From positions 124,001-188,000 of IMG/VR virus record IMGVR_UViG_3300032236_001850: a DNA stretch of 64,000 bases; one strand, 5' to 3'. This document shows positions 9,160 to 18,482 of this stretch, piece after piece. The notes beneath the pieces were generated by a model. It had not been told where the DNA came from, searched no databases, and worked only from the letters and a program-made list of their open reading frames with translations. The first letter of the stretch is position 1; every line of letters begins with the position of its first letter. The position numbers and the translations under genes were made by a program.

Positions 9160-9734
9160 TGGAAAACGAAAACGATTACTATTCCTTTGCAGACCAATAT
9201 GGTAGTGTTAGAAATGACGGAATAAGAAGATATGTTACTTATGACGGCGAAACATCAAATGTGATTAGGGATAGAGGAATAGATGCTCTGCAAGCTATGC
9301 GAGAGGAAATTGAAAGATCATCAAGAATAAGTTTAGTCGATGCAGCTGCTTTAGCACAAATACAGGCATATGGAAACGAGCACAGAATGAGGATGGAAGC
9401 GAAAAAACCGGACTGTGTTCTTGACGATGTTTTGATGAATCTAAAAAGAGGACTAAAACCTTATTATCAAGAAAGACTCGATTACTACATAGGTGAAGTT
9501 GATTCCAATAAAGGGTGCTATATAGAATATGAACCAGGAATGGAATTGTTACCGTCACAAAAGGTGGAATGGTTACTGACAAAAACTGTTGAAAAGATAA
9601 ATGCTCTATACGAATCTAAGAAAAAAGCATATCACGATAAAATAAATGCTGAAAAGATATACAAGGATAAAATAGAAAGTTTAGAAAAATCGATAAAAAA
9701 TTATAAAACGAAGGGACACGACCTTATGATATAA
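9159..9734 (+). CDS. Hypothetical protein ending KGHDLMI
   Basis: TAATG coupling; tail shared with previous gene. Confidence 0.8.
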   Translation: MENENDYYSFADQYGSVRNDGIRRYVTYDGETSNVIRDRGIDALQAMREEIERSSRISLVDAAALAQIQAYGNEHRMRMEAKKPDCVLDDVLMNLKRGLKPYYQERLDYYIGEVDSNKGCYIEYEPGMELLPSQKVEWLLTKTVEKINALYESKKKAYHDKINAEKIYKDKIESLEKSIKNYKTKGHDLMI

Positions 9735-9804
9735 AAAAAATATCAAAATAAATTTTTTTAATAAAAAAGAATTTCCTACATTTGCATAACAAATAAAAAA
9801 AATC

Positions 9805-10410
9805 ATGAGAACCCTAAATATTTACACATTTTCAGAATTGTCGGAGGAAGCCAAAAAAAGAGCAATTCAGGACGTTAGAGAGGAGCTAAAAGAGAATACT
9901 CCTCATGAACTTGTGTTCGACTGGGCTATCGATGATTGCTGGTTATTCGAACCAAGCGAGCAAGTTATGAAGGAAACTTTTGGCGATCAATACTTGGAAG
10001 ATCTTGGTGACGATTTCCTTATGAAGAATTTGAGAAAGGGTATTTCTCACAAAAATGGTAATCTTAACGTCACACAGGCACTAAAGATAAACAATCACGA
10101 TATGTTTAAAACGTGGTTGGGTATTCCCAAGATCATTCAGAGATATGTTAACTTTTCAGTGATAGGTTCTGACGAAGATCCATCAACTTTGGATTTTGAA
10201 ATTCTTTTACCTAATTACGATCCCAGATCGTTAGCAATAAAAGGTTGCTCTGAAAATGCAGTTAAGTTATTTGACACCCACATGATTTATGTGGAGGGAA
10301 AAATCATAAACGGTATAAGAGAGTATTTCAATGACGATAATTTAGAGCAAGCCATACTCTCCAGCGATCGTTATGAGTTTTTAGAAAATGGCAGATTATA
10401 CAACAGCTAA
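9805..10410 (+). CDS. YTFxELS-family phage protein (no leader)
   Basis: YTFSELSEEAKKRAI...YEFLENG; own early promoter. Confidence 0.85.
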   Translation: MRTLNIYTFSELSEEAKKRAIQDVREELKENTPHELVFDWAIDDCWLFEPSEQVMKETFGDQYLEDLGDDFLMKNLRKGISHKNGNLNVTQALKINNHDMFKTWLGIPKIIQRYVNFSVIGSDEDPSTLDFEILLPNYDPRSLAIKGCSENAVKLFDTHMIYVEGKIINGIREYFNDDNLEQAILSSDRYEFLENGRLYNS

Positions 10411-10672
10411 CCAATTAAAATTAATAAACATGGAAAGACTAAGAGGTAAAGTAAAAGCGGATGTTCCTACTATCGCAGAGGCTCCTGCTAGAAAAAAGTA
10501 CGAAAAAGCTCCAAAATGCGAGACTAACACGGAAACAAGACCGTTGGATGTTTTGATTAGAGAATTCGAAGCTTCGGCTGGCAATTTTGATGAATTTCAC
10601 ACAACCATGAACGGAAGAGAAAAAATCCTATTCAAAGGGTATATCCATTCAATGAGAGAGGTTAAAGCTTAA
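10388..10672 (+). CDS. Hypothetical protein
   Basis: 94-aa ORF in co-directional run. Confidence 0.7.
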   Translation: MADYTTANQLKLINMERLRGKVKADVPTIAEAPARKKYEKAPKCETNTETRPLDVLIREFEASAGNFDEFHTTMNGREKILFKGYIHSMREVKA

Positions 10673-10741
10673 TTTTTTATTGCTAAACGAAATTTTTGTG
10701 ATTTTTTATACTAGAATAAATATATAAAAAAACCAATCAAT

Positions 10742-10963
10742 ATGGCAGCAATAAGATTTGTATGTAGAACCGATAACAAAGCAAAACACGAGGAGGTTAA
10801 GAATAGAACATACCTTGCTGGTGGTGCTATTGTAAGAGAAAAAATATACAGAGACACAAGTTCTGTATTTGAAGCAGAGATGGAAATAGTTTCCGAGGGA
10901 GGTACGCTTTATAGAGAAGCTAAAGAGTTAGACTTAGTAAATAAAATCAATATCATAGAGTAA
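10742..10963 (+). CDS. Hypothetical protein
   Basis: 73-aa ORF; AATATATA variant upstream. Confidence 0.75.
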   Translation: MAAIRFVCRTDNKAKHEEVKNRTYLAGGAIVREKIYRDTSSVFEAEMEIVSEGGTLYREAKELDLVNKINIIE

Positions 10964-10965
10964 TT

Positions 10966-11322
10966 ATGTACGAGGATGAAGATGATGACCTAGGAGATGA
11001 CATCAACGGGTATTTAAGAGAACAAGCTAGAGAGGTAGCTGAAAGACAGAGAAAAGAAACTCTTAAGAATTTTATAGACGGTTGTTATGTTGCATACGAT
11101 ATGCTTACTCGAGAGGGTGCAAAGGCAATGGAGGGTAGCAACGAGGAATCCATAGGAAGTGCAATCAACAGAATGACTGCTCTATTTCTAGAAAGAGAAG
11201 AGTATGAAAGATGTGGATTTCTAAAAAGATTTGTTAGTGAACACATGCCGGGAAGAGAAGTTGTCCCGGATCCACAGGTTATTAAAGAACTTAAAGAACT
11301 TGAAGCAGATGGCTACTACTAA
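10966..11322 (+). CDS. Hypothetical protein with UvrB/C-like coiled motif
   Basis: FLEREEYERCGFLKR resembles the UVR motif. Confidence 0.65.
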   Translation: MYEDEDDDLGDDINGYLREQAREVAERQRKETLKNFIDGCYVAYDMLTREGAKAMEGSNEESIGSAINRMTALFLEREEYERCGFLKRFVSEHMPGREVVPDPQVIKELKELEADGYY

Positions 11323-11479
11323 AAATTCAGGAGGTTATACTTCCAGTAAAACGAGAATACCAAAAAGCATGCCGTGTAAATTATGCGGAGAAAAAGTCAA
11401 AAACGTTGACGAAAAGGCTACAGCAGTAACTTGTTACAAATGTGTAATCAAGTTATGCAATAAACCAAATTTAAAATAA
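11309..11479 (+). CDS. Small zinc-finger protein
   Basis: CKLC...CYKC; probable ATG 11309. Confidence 0.75.
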   Translation: MATTKNSGGYTSSKTRIPKSMPCKLCGEKVKNVDEKATAVTCYKCVIKLCNKPNLK

Positions 11480-11489
11480 CCCATAAAGA

Positions 11490-11675
11490 ATGGACCCAAA
11501 AACGGAAGCTCTGTTATCAGAATATGACAGCGTGGTTAAGAAAACAGCTAGAAGCGTGTATTTAAAAGCTGAAGCTCTTAAATTAGAATTAGATTCAAGT
11601 ATTATTAATCCGGAGGATAAAAATACCATTATGCTACATTGTATAGCAATGTTAGTAAATAAAGCATCTAAGTAA
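11490..11675 (+). CDS. Hypothetical protein
   Basis: 61-aa ORF, TAATG coupling to next gene. Confidence 0.7.
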   Translation: MDPKTEALLSEYDSVVKKTARSVYLKAEALKLELDSSIINPEDKNTIMLHCIAMLVNKASK

Positions 11676-11878
11676 TGGAAAGAGAAACTAGAAAAGATAT
11701 TATTTTTAATATTATAGAAAAATACTATCAAGCTAACAAAAAGCTCGACAAATCAGGTTTACGTGAGCATCTTATGAGCAATCAAATTGATCTTAGTGAA
11801 GAAGTACTCGATGAAAGAATAAAACATTTTAACAATGAAACTTCTAAAGCTAATAAAGAAAAAATTAAGAACTCTTAG
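11675..11878 (+). CDS. Hypothetical protein
   Basis: 67-aa ORF. Confidence 0.7.
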   Translation: MERETRKDIIFNIIEKYYQANKKLDKSGLREHLMSNQIDLSEEVLDERIKHFNNETSKANKEKIKNS

Positions 11879-12128
11879 AAAAAGATACATCTTAAAAAAG
11901 TGTATAGAGAAGGCTGGAGGTAAGGATTTAAGGGACACCTTAAGAAACGAAAGGCTCCAGAAAATAAGGACTCTCAAAAGAGCAGAAATAAATTCTCTGG
12001 TTAATAGTTGGAAGCTAAAGGAAATAAGTCCACCAACAGAGGAAGAGTATTACAAATTCTTTTTTGAGACCTCACTAACAATTGATTATATTAATTCTGT
12101 TATCAAAAAATACTGGAGAAATCCCTGA
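11835..12128 (+). CDS. Basic hypothetical protein
   Basis: 97-aa K/R-rich ORF. Confidence 0.65.
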   Translation: MKLLKLIKKKLRTLRKRYILKKCIEKAGGKDLRDTLRNERLQKIRTLKRAEINSLVNSWKLKEISPPTEEEYYKFFFETSLTIDYINSVIKKYWRNP

Positions 12129-12151
12129 TATATAGGAGAGCCCAATACCTT

Positions 12152-12190
12152 AAGAGAGGTTATCGGTAAATAAGATGCCTCTCTTTTTTT
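12152..12190 (+). terminator. Intrinsic terminator
   Basis: AGAGAGG...CCTCTCT-T run. Confidence 0.7.
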
Positions 12191-12267
12191 ATAAAAAAAT
12201 AATAAAAATATTTTTTTTATTCGATTTTTATATTTATATTTGCCTAACAATTAAAAAAACATAAAAA

Positions 12268-12609
12268 ATGAAATACTACGGAATAGCAAGCGCAAACGGA
12301 ATCGAATCATTCCTACCAGTTCCATTCAGTGCAAAGACTGATACATTTGCAGCTGATCCAAGAGAGTTATCTCTTATGGCATTAACGGTTAATGCTAATA
12401 GACAAAGACATTCTGTTCTTTTCATGGTTGATGTTGCAACAGACGTAGCAAAAGAAATCAGAGCTCTTGTAGCAGACGGAGACGTTGTAGAAGCATTAAT
12501 CATACTGAAAGAGAAAGCAAAGTCAATAAGCATCATGCAATCTCCAGGAGCGGAAAAAAGTTGGAACCTTATACCTAACAAGGACCTAGATCCTTTTAAC
12601 GGAAAATAA
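12268..12609 (+). CDS. Hypothetical protein
   Basis: 113 aa after early promoter. Confidence 0.85.
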   Translation: MKYYGIASANGIESFLPVPFSAKTDTFAADPRELSLMALTVNANRQRHSVLFMVDVATDVAKEIRALVADGDVVEALIILKEKAKSISIMQSPGAEKSWNLIPNKDLDPFNGK

Positions 12610-12611
12610 AA

Positions 12612-12869
12612 ATGGCGCAAAACATTCACGTTGGTGATGATTTCAGAACAAATCCTCTAAGTTTAAAACCTGGAGGGTATGATGTTACTGTTATCTACCA
12701 AAACGGTAAGTCCTTCACTTACGACAAAATCAAAAACCCAGCAAACTACATTACTAGGATCTCATCAAATTCTAAATACGGTCAGATAGTAGAAATCCTT
12801 ATAGACGGAAATTCAACCTGGTCTATAGAGAGAAGAGGAGAGACTAACGAATTTGGTATAAATCTATAA
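12612..12869 (+). CDS. Hypothetical protein
   Basis: 85 aa, operonic spacing. Confidence 0.8.
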   Translation: MAQNIHVGDDFRTNPLSLKPGGYDVTVIYQNGKSFTYDKIKNPANYITRISSNSKYGQIVEILIDGNSTWSIERRGETNEFGINL

Positions 12870-12872
12870 TCT

Positions 12873-13118
12873 ATGAAAGATATAATTGGACCCATTTTAA
12901 AAAATGGTAAGGATAAAAAGAACATAGGTTTAATCCTACTTGGATTAATTGCAGTATTAGCAGTAGCTATTTGCTTACCTTTATCATTAGTTCTTGGATT
13001 ACAATGTATAGGATTTCCAGTACAACTAAGCTTAAAAAGCTGGTTTGGAGCAGTTCTTATAATTGTATTTCTTAAAGCAGTTTCGGTCAATAATAAGGAA
13101 ACACTAGAAAACAAATAA
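12873..13118 (+). CDS. Membrane protein
   Basis: Two hydrophobic helices. Confidence 0.8.
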   Translation: MKDIIGPILKNGKDKKNIGLILLGLIAVLAVAICLPLSLVLGLQCIGFPVQLSLKSWFGAVLIIVFLKAVSVNNKETLENK

Positions 13119-13207
13119 AAACGAAATTGTGTTGTTGAGTAGTTGGTTTGTAACCAATGATCAGCCTGGGGATTGGGTTTATTCTTGAATCCCCTAATTT
13201 TTTTACT

Positions 13208-13417
13208 ATGGGAAAGAAGAAAAAAGAATCTATTATTATGTGCGGAGGTTGCTATAACGATCTAATCGAGGATCAAATCAAAATAGCCACCATGAACGTT
13301 AATCCAGAAAGTTCAAAAAATGGAGTCTATGCCAGAAATCTTTGTCCAAAATGTTTAGAGTCCGATTACTACAAATCTAGAGTTCTCTCAGTGGAACCAT
13401 ATAGAAAATTTAATTAA
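13208..13417 (+). CDS. Small zinc-finger protein
   Basis: CGGC...CPKC; probable ATG 13208. Confidence 0.75.
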   Translation: MGKKKKESIIMCGGCYNDLIEDQIKIATMNVNPESSKNGVYARNLCPKCLESDYYKSRVLSVEPYRKFN

Positions 13418-13480
13418 TAAATTATTTTTTTATTTGAAAAGGATTTCATATATTTGCAATGTAATTAAAAAACAAATAGA

Positions 13481-14038
13481 ATGGGACTAGATATAATGGC
13501 AATCAGTAATCTTGAAAAGAAAATCAAGATGGACCCAAGGGTAAAAGTTCTTTCCTGGCAAATAAGACCTAAGGTAAAAGAAACTAGGATCAAGATAGAT
13601 GTCACACCCTACGGATCAGAACATGGTGGATTTAACAAGTGCGAGGATATGGAAGGTGGTAAATACGCAGAAACTGATGCAACGGTGGAACATCACTTCA
13701 GAGCAGGTAGCTACGGAGGTTATAACACATTCAGAAAATATCTTTCCAGAGCTTTATGTGGTGTTGAACCAGAAGCTATATGGGCTACACCAGAGGATTT
13801 TAAAGCTGCACCAATGTTTGAGATGATAAATTTCAGCGACTGTGAAGGCATTTTAGGAACGGGGATTTGTAAAAAAATTCACCCACAATTTGTTGAAAAT
13901 AGAGAGAAATTTGAAAACTATCTTAAGGAGCAATTTGGTTATGACGAAAATGAAGTAAGATGGCAAATGTCAACCTATGACGATTTCACAGAGGCATTTA
14001 GATTGGGAGCAGAAAATGGAATAGTAGTTTACACGTAA
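13481..14038 (+). CDS. Conserved-type phage hypothetical (MGLDI... family)
   Basis: MGLDIMA start, FRAGSYGGYN, FSDCEG; early promoter. Confidence 0.85.
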   Translation: MGLDIMAISNLEKKIKMDPRVKVLSWQIRPKVKETRIKIDVTPYGSEHGGFNKCEDMEGGKYAETDATVEHHFRAGSYGGYNTFRKYLSRALCGVEPEAIWATPEDFKAAPMFEMINFSDCEGILGTGICKKIHPQFVENREKFENYLKEQFGYDENEVRWQMSTYDDFTEAFRLGAENGIVVYT

Positions 14039-14280
14039 TGAAACTAATAACAATAAAAATACAAACAGTACTAGGGGAAAATGAAGAGTTTGATGATTTA
14101 TTTTTCCAATATTTGGATGAGTACTCGATAGATCGTAATGTGCTACCAATAGAGGAGGGTGAGGCATACCCAATGGTTGAATACACATCAGGACCAATTG
14201 CTTTAGGTAACATGCTTAGAGAAAGATTTGGCTATGACAGATACGAAATAGAGGAGAAATTTCCAGAACTAATCGAATAA
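14038..14280 (+). CDS. Acidic hypothetical protein
   Basis: TAATG coupling. Confidence 0.8.
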   Translation: MKLITIKIQTVLGENEEFDDLFFQYLDEYSIDRNVLPIEEGEAYPMVEYTSGPIALGNMLRERFGYDRYEIEEKFPELIE

Positions 14281-14324
14281 TACAATTCCGCCAGAATTGC
14301 TATTTGTTTTGATTGATTACAAAG

Positions 14325-14353
14325 AAAAAGGTCTGATTACTCAGACCTTTTTT
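14325..14353. terminator. Bidirectional intrinsic terminator
   Basis: A5-GGTCTGA-ttac-TCAGACC-T run. Confidence 0.85.
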
Positions 14354-14357
14354 GATT

Positions 14358-15179
14358 TTATTTTGTTCCAGTTGAAAGTCCAAATGCTGCCTGAGCGTCC
14401 TTTGCATTAACGTCTCCTCCATCCTCGCCGAAAAATTTTCTAGCCCCACTTACTATTTTACCCAGTAATCCTCCAGGATTTTCCTTTGCATCTTTCTCAT
14501 CATTATTAGAAGTTGCAGAGTCACCTCCGATAATATCATCTCCAGGTAAACGTCTTTCTGCATTATCCTTACTAACATCAATCATATCTTTCTTAACAGC
14601 TTCAGTGAAGCTATTATCAAAATCGCTACTTCTGTCCGGGAAGTAATCTATAAATCCAAGAAGACCGTCAACTAGGACAGATCTATTATATGCACCTACA
14701 CCCTGTCCGTCTTTTAGTCTAACATTACCCTCAATTGTTGTGAATTTCTTACCGTTATAATCAACACTAGTAACTATTCCAGCATGACCACCACCCTCTC
14801 TTTTTGCAATCATTATTTGACCAGGTTTAACTAGAGAAAAATTAGATCTTGCCTGATCTGCAGTTATCTTTTTACCCCCGGTTTTTTCCCATTCCTCCAA
14901 TGCAGAACCAGTTTTATATACTGGATTGGTGATTCCACTTTTTTTACTGAACTCGTCAAAAATATAGTAAATGAAAGCCATACACCAAGGCTGACCGTCA
15001 CTTATTCCTACTGATCTCTGAAATTTATTAACATCGGAACCACTATTGTTACCGACCTCCTTCGCTTTTATATTATTTGATATAACCTTAGCTAGCTCAG
15101 ATCCAGCTCCTGATGGATTATCTAATTTGAATCCGGAGTCTTCATTTATAAATTCATTGAAACTCTTTAATCTTTCCAT
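14358..15179 (-). CDS. CHAP-domain peptidoglycan hydrolase with CTS-like leader
   Basis: GQPWCMAF (Cys), GGHAGIV (His), TIEGN; leader MERLKSFNEFINE. Confidence 0.88.
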   Translation of the reverse strand: MERLKSFNEFINEDSGFKLDNPSGAGSELAKVISNNIKAKEVGNNSGSDVNKFQRSVGISDGQPWCMAFIYYIFDEFSKKSGITNPVYKTGSALEEWEKTGGKKITADQARSNFSLVKPGQIMIAKREGGGHAGIVTSVDYNGKKFTTIEGNVRLKDGQGVGAYNRSVLVDGLLGFIDYFPDRSSDFDNSFTEAVKKDMIDVSKDNAERRLPGDDIIGGDSATSNNDEKDAKENPGGLLGKIVSGARKFFGEDGGDVNAKDAQAAFGLSTGTK

Positions 15180-15287
15180 ATTTATTTGTATTTTGTCTTC
15201 TATATATCAAAAAAATATTCCTTATAATTTTTTTATTTAAAAAGAATTTCATATATTTGCAATGTAAATCAATAAAACAAAATAAAA

Positions 15288-15686
15288 ATGGCAAAAATAC
15301 AAGAAGAGGAGCACATCCTCATAGCAGTAAGAGGTTCACTTAACGAGGAAGTTAGAGTTGAAACAATTAAAATCTCAGAGAAGGATGAGGAATTTGAGGC
15401 CGATGGTTTTGAAGACTTTGGAGAATATGCAGACTATGTTCTAGAGAACTCTGCAGGAGAATACGAACAAGGATTTTGTGCAGTTCTAACAATCAATGCA
15501 AGCCAGAAAGATGAACTTATCAGAAAACTTGGTGGATTTACTAGAGAAGACATGGAGTTCTCATTCAACGCTGGAGGTAACCACAGAGAGGAATCAATAG
15601 AATTTGACATGGATGAAATCGAAGAAATCACTGAACCAAATTTTGTGGATTGGATGGCTCAGGAGTTTTCAGAGGAAACAGAATAA
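15288..15686 (+). CDS. Acidic hypothetical protein
   Basis: 132 aa after early promoter. Confidence 0.85.
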   Translation: MAKIQEEEHILIAVRGSLNEEVRVETIKISEKDEEFEADGFEDFGEYADYVLENSAGEYEQGFCAVLTINASQKDELIRKLGGFTREDMEFSFNAGGNHREESIEFDMDEIEEITEPNFVDWMAQEFSEETE

Positions 15687-15704
15687 TAAAGACTATATAA
15701 AATT

Positions 15705-15735
15705 AAAAAGTCCGATATTGCTATCGGACTTTTTT
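15705..15735. terminator. Bidirectional intrinsic terminator
   Basis: A5-GTCCGATA-ttgc-TATCGGAC-T6. Confidence 0.85.
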
Positions 15736-16414
15736 ATGCGGTTAGTGTTTTGTTTATATTGTTTATTGTTGATGTTAATTTTCTTTCGTAATCTGGAGCT
15801 GAAGCATATCTCTGATTGTTTACATTAACAAACTTTTTTAATAACTCAGGAGCAGTTTTATTCTGGGAAGGAACCACATAACTCTTAGCCATTGTTCTAT
15901 AGTAAGCATCGATACCAGATTGCCAATCATTATGGTTAACAACTGCACCGCTATCAACATTACCAACATTGAATGGATTTTTAGTTCTGATTGGTTTATT
16001 TGATGTGTCTCTACTTAAACCACCCTCCAACGTTAACTGAGCTAAAGCAAGTTGTGGAGGAATATAAGCACCGTGATCCATCACGGCCTTTTTCGCACCG
16101 AGGGCTAGCATTTCACCTTTTATTGGGGATGATGGATTAGTTTTATCAATCCATTTTTGAGCAATATCAGCATAAGCTTTAAATCCTTCAGAAGTTTTAA
16201 GATCCAACGGTGTAAAAATGCTTCCGTCATTAACATTATTTAGACCCAAACTCTTAAGAGCTATTTGATCCGCGGTGTCAGGAATGTCAAGATTCAAAGA
16301 ACCTGTTCCGGTGGTATCGCTATCTGATTTAGCATTAAGTGCATTACTAATTAATAAGGCAGGGTTAAAATCCATCTCATTAATAAAGTCACCAAAAGAT
16401 TTTATGTTGTTCAT
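15734..16414 (-). CDS. GH73 glucosaminidase with CTS-like leader
   Basis: LAQLTLEGG, NPFNVG, YASAPDYERKL; probable start MNNIKSFGDFINE at 16414. Confidence 0.82.
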   Translation of the reverse strand: MNNIKSFGDFINEMDFNPALLISNALNAKSDSDTTGTGSLNLDIPDTADQIALKSLGLNNVNDGSIFTPLDLKTSEGFKAYADIAQKWIDKTNPSSPIKGEMLALGAKKAVMDHGAYIPPQLALAQLTLEGGLSRDTSNKPIRTKNPFNVGNVDSGAVVNHNDWQSGIDAYYRTMAKSYVVPSQNKTAPELLKKFVNVNNQRYASAPDYERKLTSTINNINKTLTA

Positions 16415-16517
16415 ATCTATTTGTATTTTATCATCTATATATCCAAAAAATATATTCAATAATTTTTTTATTTGGAAATGATTTCATATATTTGCAACGT
16501 AATCAATAAACAAAATA

Positions 16518-18221
16518 ATGGAATCAGGTACACTACAATTTTGGACAACTGGCGAGGCCTATATGGGCTTAATGAACGACTTTTTTAGATCTGGAGAATT
16601 TGAAAAATATCATCAGCTGCTTGGGGATGGCAACTTAGACAGAGCACAAAAGATGATGGCATTCAGATATAGAATGGTCCTAAGTGGGGACACTAGAACG
16701 GAGGAGGGTTTAAGCTGTTCTTTTCTACCAGAAGAGCCAAAAGACTTCAATAAAACACTATATTATGCTATTAGAACAGCTATCGTTGCAGCTAATAGAA
16801 AACATGATAGATGGAACGATAAAACTCTGGAAATAAGAGAGATTGCTAAATCCGGCTACCGAGATATTGTTACTCTACTAGAATATTTTCCAGTTGAGGA
16901 AATCTATAAGAGATGCTACAAATACATCATAGAGGAGGAAGGTTATACGTTAACCACTCTCTACGATGCAATAACTAAAAATGACCATACAATCTCGGGT
17001 CTTCTAATGAGAAACGGTGAGTTTGCTCAATGTGGTTACCAGGATCACATCTCACTGTATCCATTTCTTGTTCAACTTGGACTTGTAGAGGGTGAGGACA
17101 GATTGGATTGCGATGCAGTATCAATATCATCTAATATGTTATGTGGTGCTGCTGCTTTTGGGTTGGAATCTCTACATTTTGACCTTAATAAAAGGTATCA
17201 TCTCAGTGATGAGCAGATGACAGAGTTATGGCGACTTAGAGAATATCATCTACAGCACTACACTAGCAATGAGAAAAGATCAGTATCGGAAGGAATTCGT
17301 GAATTTTTCTGCTACAAAGAAGCAATGGGTGCTAAGTATGGCAACATTATGTTTCTAAAAAGATTTTTTCCACATATCAAAACATGCGAGGTTTCCAAAG
17401 ATTTCAGACCAGATTGGAAAGCCAACTTTGTTAGAACCTCACCAAAATATTCAATTCCTGGTCTTCTACATAGTATTAAAGCTAACGACGAGCAAGAAGC
17501 ACATAATGCTGTGCTACAAATCCAGAAAGACTTCGAAAAACATAAGGAAGTTCGGGGAAGAAACAATATACATTGGTTCTATCAGGAGTACTTGGAAGGG
17601 GAGAACGGTGTACTCAATTGCATAAAAACAACGGAGGTTAGCCGTGGATATGCAAGAGAATATGCTAATCTGATGGAATATGACATAAAGATAGCATGTA
17701 GCTCGGTTCAAGGTGACATTGTGGGTGGTAAGAAATCAAGCTTTGAAATAAGTTTAGACGATCAATCAGCACTAAGAAAGATTGCTAGAGAACTTGCAAC
17801 CACTTTCGAGGAAGACATCCAGCTAGAATTTGTAAGAGTTGCTGAGGGTGACATCAGAATAGTTCAATTCAGAACCCTGAAGGGAAGTCCACAGGTAAAC
17901 TTCGAACCACAGAAGGAAGAGTTGGAAAAAGCTATAGTGATTGGTAAAACTTTCTGCAAACCGTACTACACAAATAATGGCGACGAAATAAACACCAACG
18001 ATATTCTGGTTGTTGAAGAGGATTGCGAATCAGAAGCTCTATTGGGTAAGAAAGCACTTATAGTTGAGAATGACACAAACTTCTCGCACATTCTCGCACT
18101 ATCCAAAGCCCTAAATATTCCATCTATATACGGCACAGGTAAGGTTGATCTACCTAAGGACAAACAGGTTTGGTTTAATACAGGATATGGTACGGGGTAT
18201 GTAAAAATAATCACCAAATAA
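16518..18221 (+). CDS. PEP-synthase/PPDK-like ATP-grasp plus phospho-His swivel-domain protein
   Basis: VRTS, QEYLEGENGV, IQLEF...IVQFRTL (ATP-grasp-like) and DILVV...FSHILALSKALNIPSIYG (mobile His domain); no TIM-barrel part. Confidence 0.7.
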   Translation: MESGTLQFWTTGEAYMGLMNDFFRSGEFEKYHQLLGDGNLDRAQKMMAFRYRMVLSGDTRTEEGLSCSFLPEEPKDFNKTLYYAIRTAIVAANRKHDRWNDKTLEIREIAKSGYRDIVTLLEYFPVEEIYKRCYKYIIEEEGYTLTTLYDAITKNDHTISGLLMRNGEFAQCGYQDHISLYPFLVQLGLVEGEDRLDCDAVSISSNMLCGAAAFGLESLHFDLNKRYHLSDEQMTELWRLREYHLQHYTSNEKRSVSEGIREFFCYKEAMGAKYGNIMFLKRFFPHIKTCEVSKDFRPDWKANFVRTSPKYSIPGLLHSIKANDEQEAHNAVLQIQKDFEKHKEVRGRNNIHWFYQEYLEGENGVLNCIKTTEVSRGYAREYANLMEYDIKIACSSVQGDIVGGKKSSFEISLDDQSALRKIARELATTFEEDIQLEFVRVAEGDIRIVQFRTLKGSPQVNFEPQKEELEKAIVIGKTFCKPYYTNNGDEINTNDILVVEEDCESEALLGKKALIVENDTNFSHILALSKALNIPSIYGTGKVDLPKDKQVWFNTGYGTGYVKIITK

Positions 18222-18271
18222 TTTTTTTATTCGAAAAGGATTTCTTATATTTGCATATCGATTTAAAACAA

Positions 18272-18478
18272 ATGGACATGAAAAATTTTGTATATCTAGT
18301 AAAGAGTAAAAACAAGTTAATAGTAACTTCCATGGCTGTTAACAATCCGGACTATATCGTTTTACTCGCATCGGAAGGACCACAATCATTTGAATACTGT
18401 AAAATGTATTGCTTAGGTTCCATGACTGGGAATCAAGTTGGAACTAAATTCAATAATTCAATCTCTGATTTTCAATAG
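18272..18478 (+). CDS. Hypothetical protein
   Basis: ATG 18272 after early promoter. Confidence 0.65.
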   Translation: MDMKNFVYLVKSKNKLIVTSMAVNNPDYIVLLASEGPQSFEYCKMYCLGSMTGNQVGTKFNNSISDFQ

Positions 18479-18482
18479 TCAT

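Noticed and set aside
13140-13200. Hairpins before 13208 as a riboswitch or leader
   Set aside because: Only short stems (ttggtt/aaccaa, ggggatt/aatcccc); consistent with an ordinary attenuator or terminator
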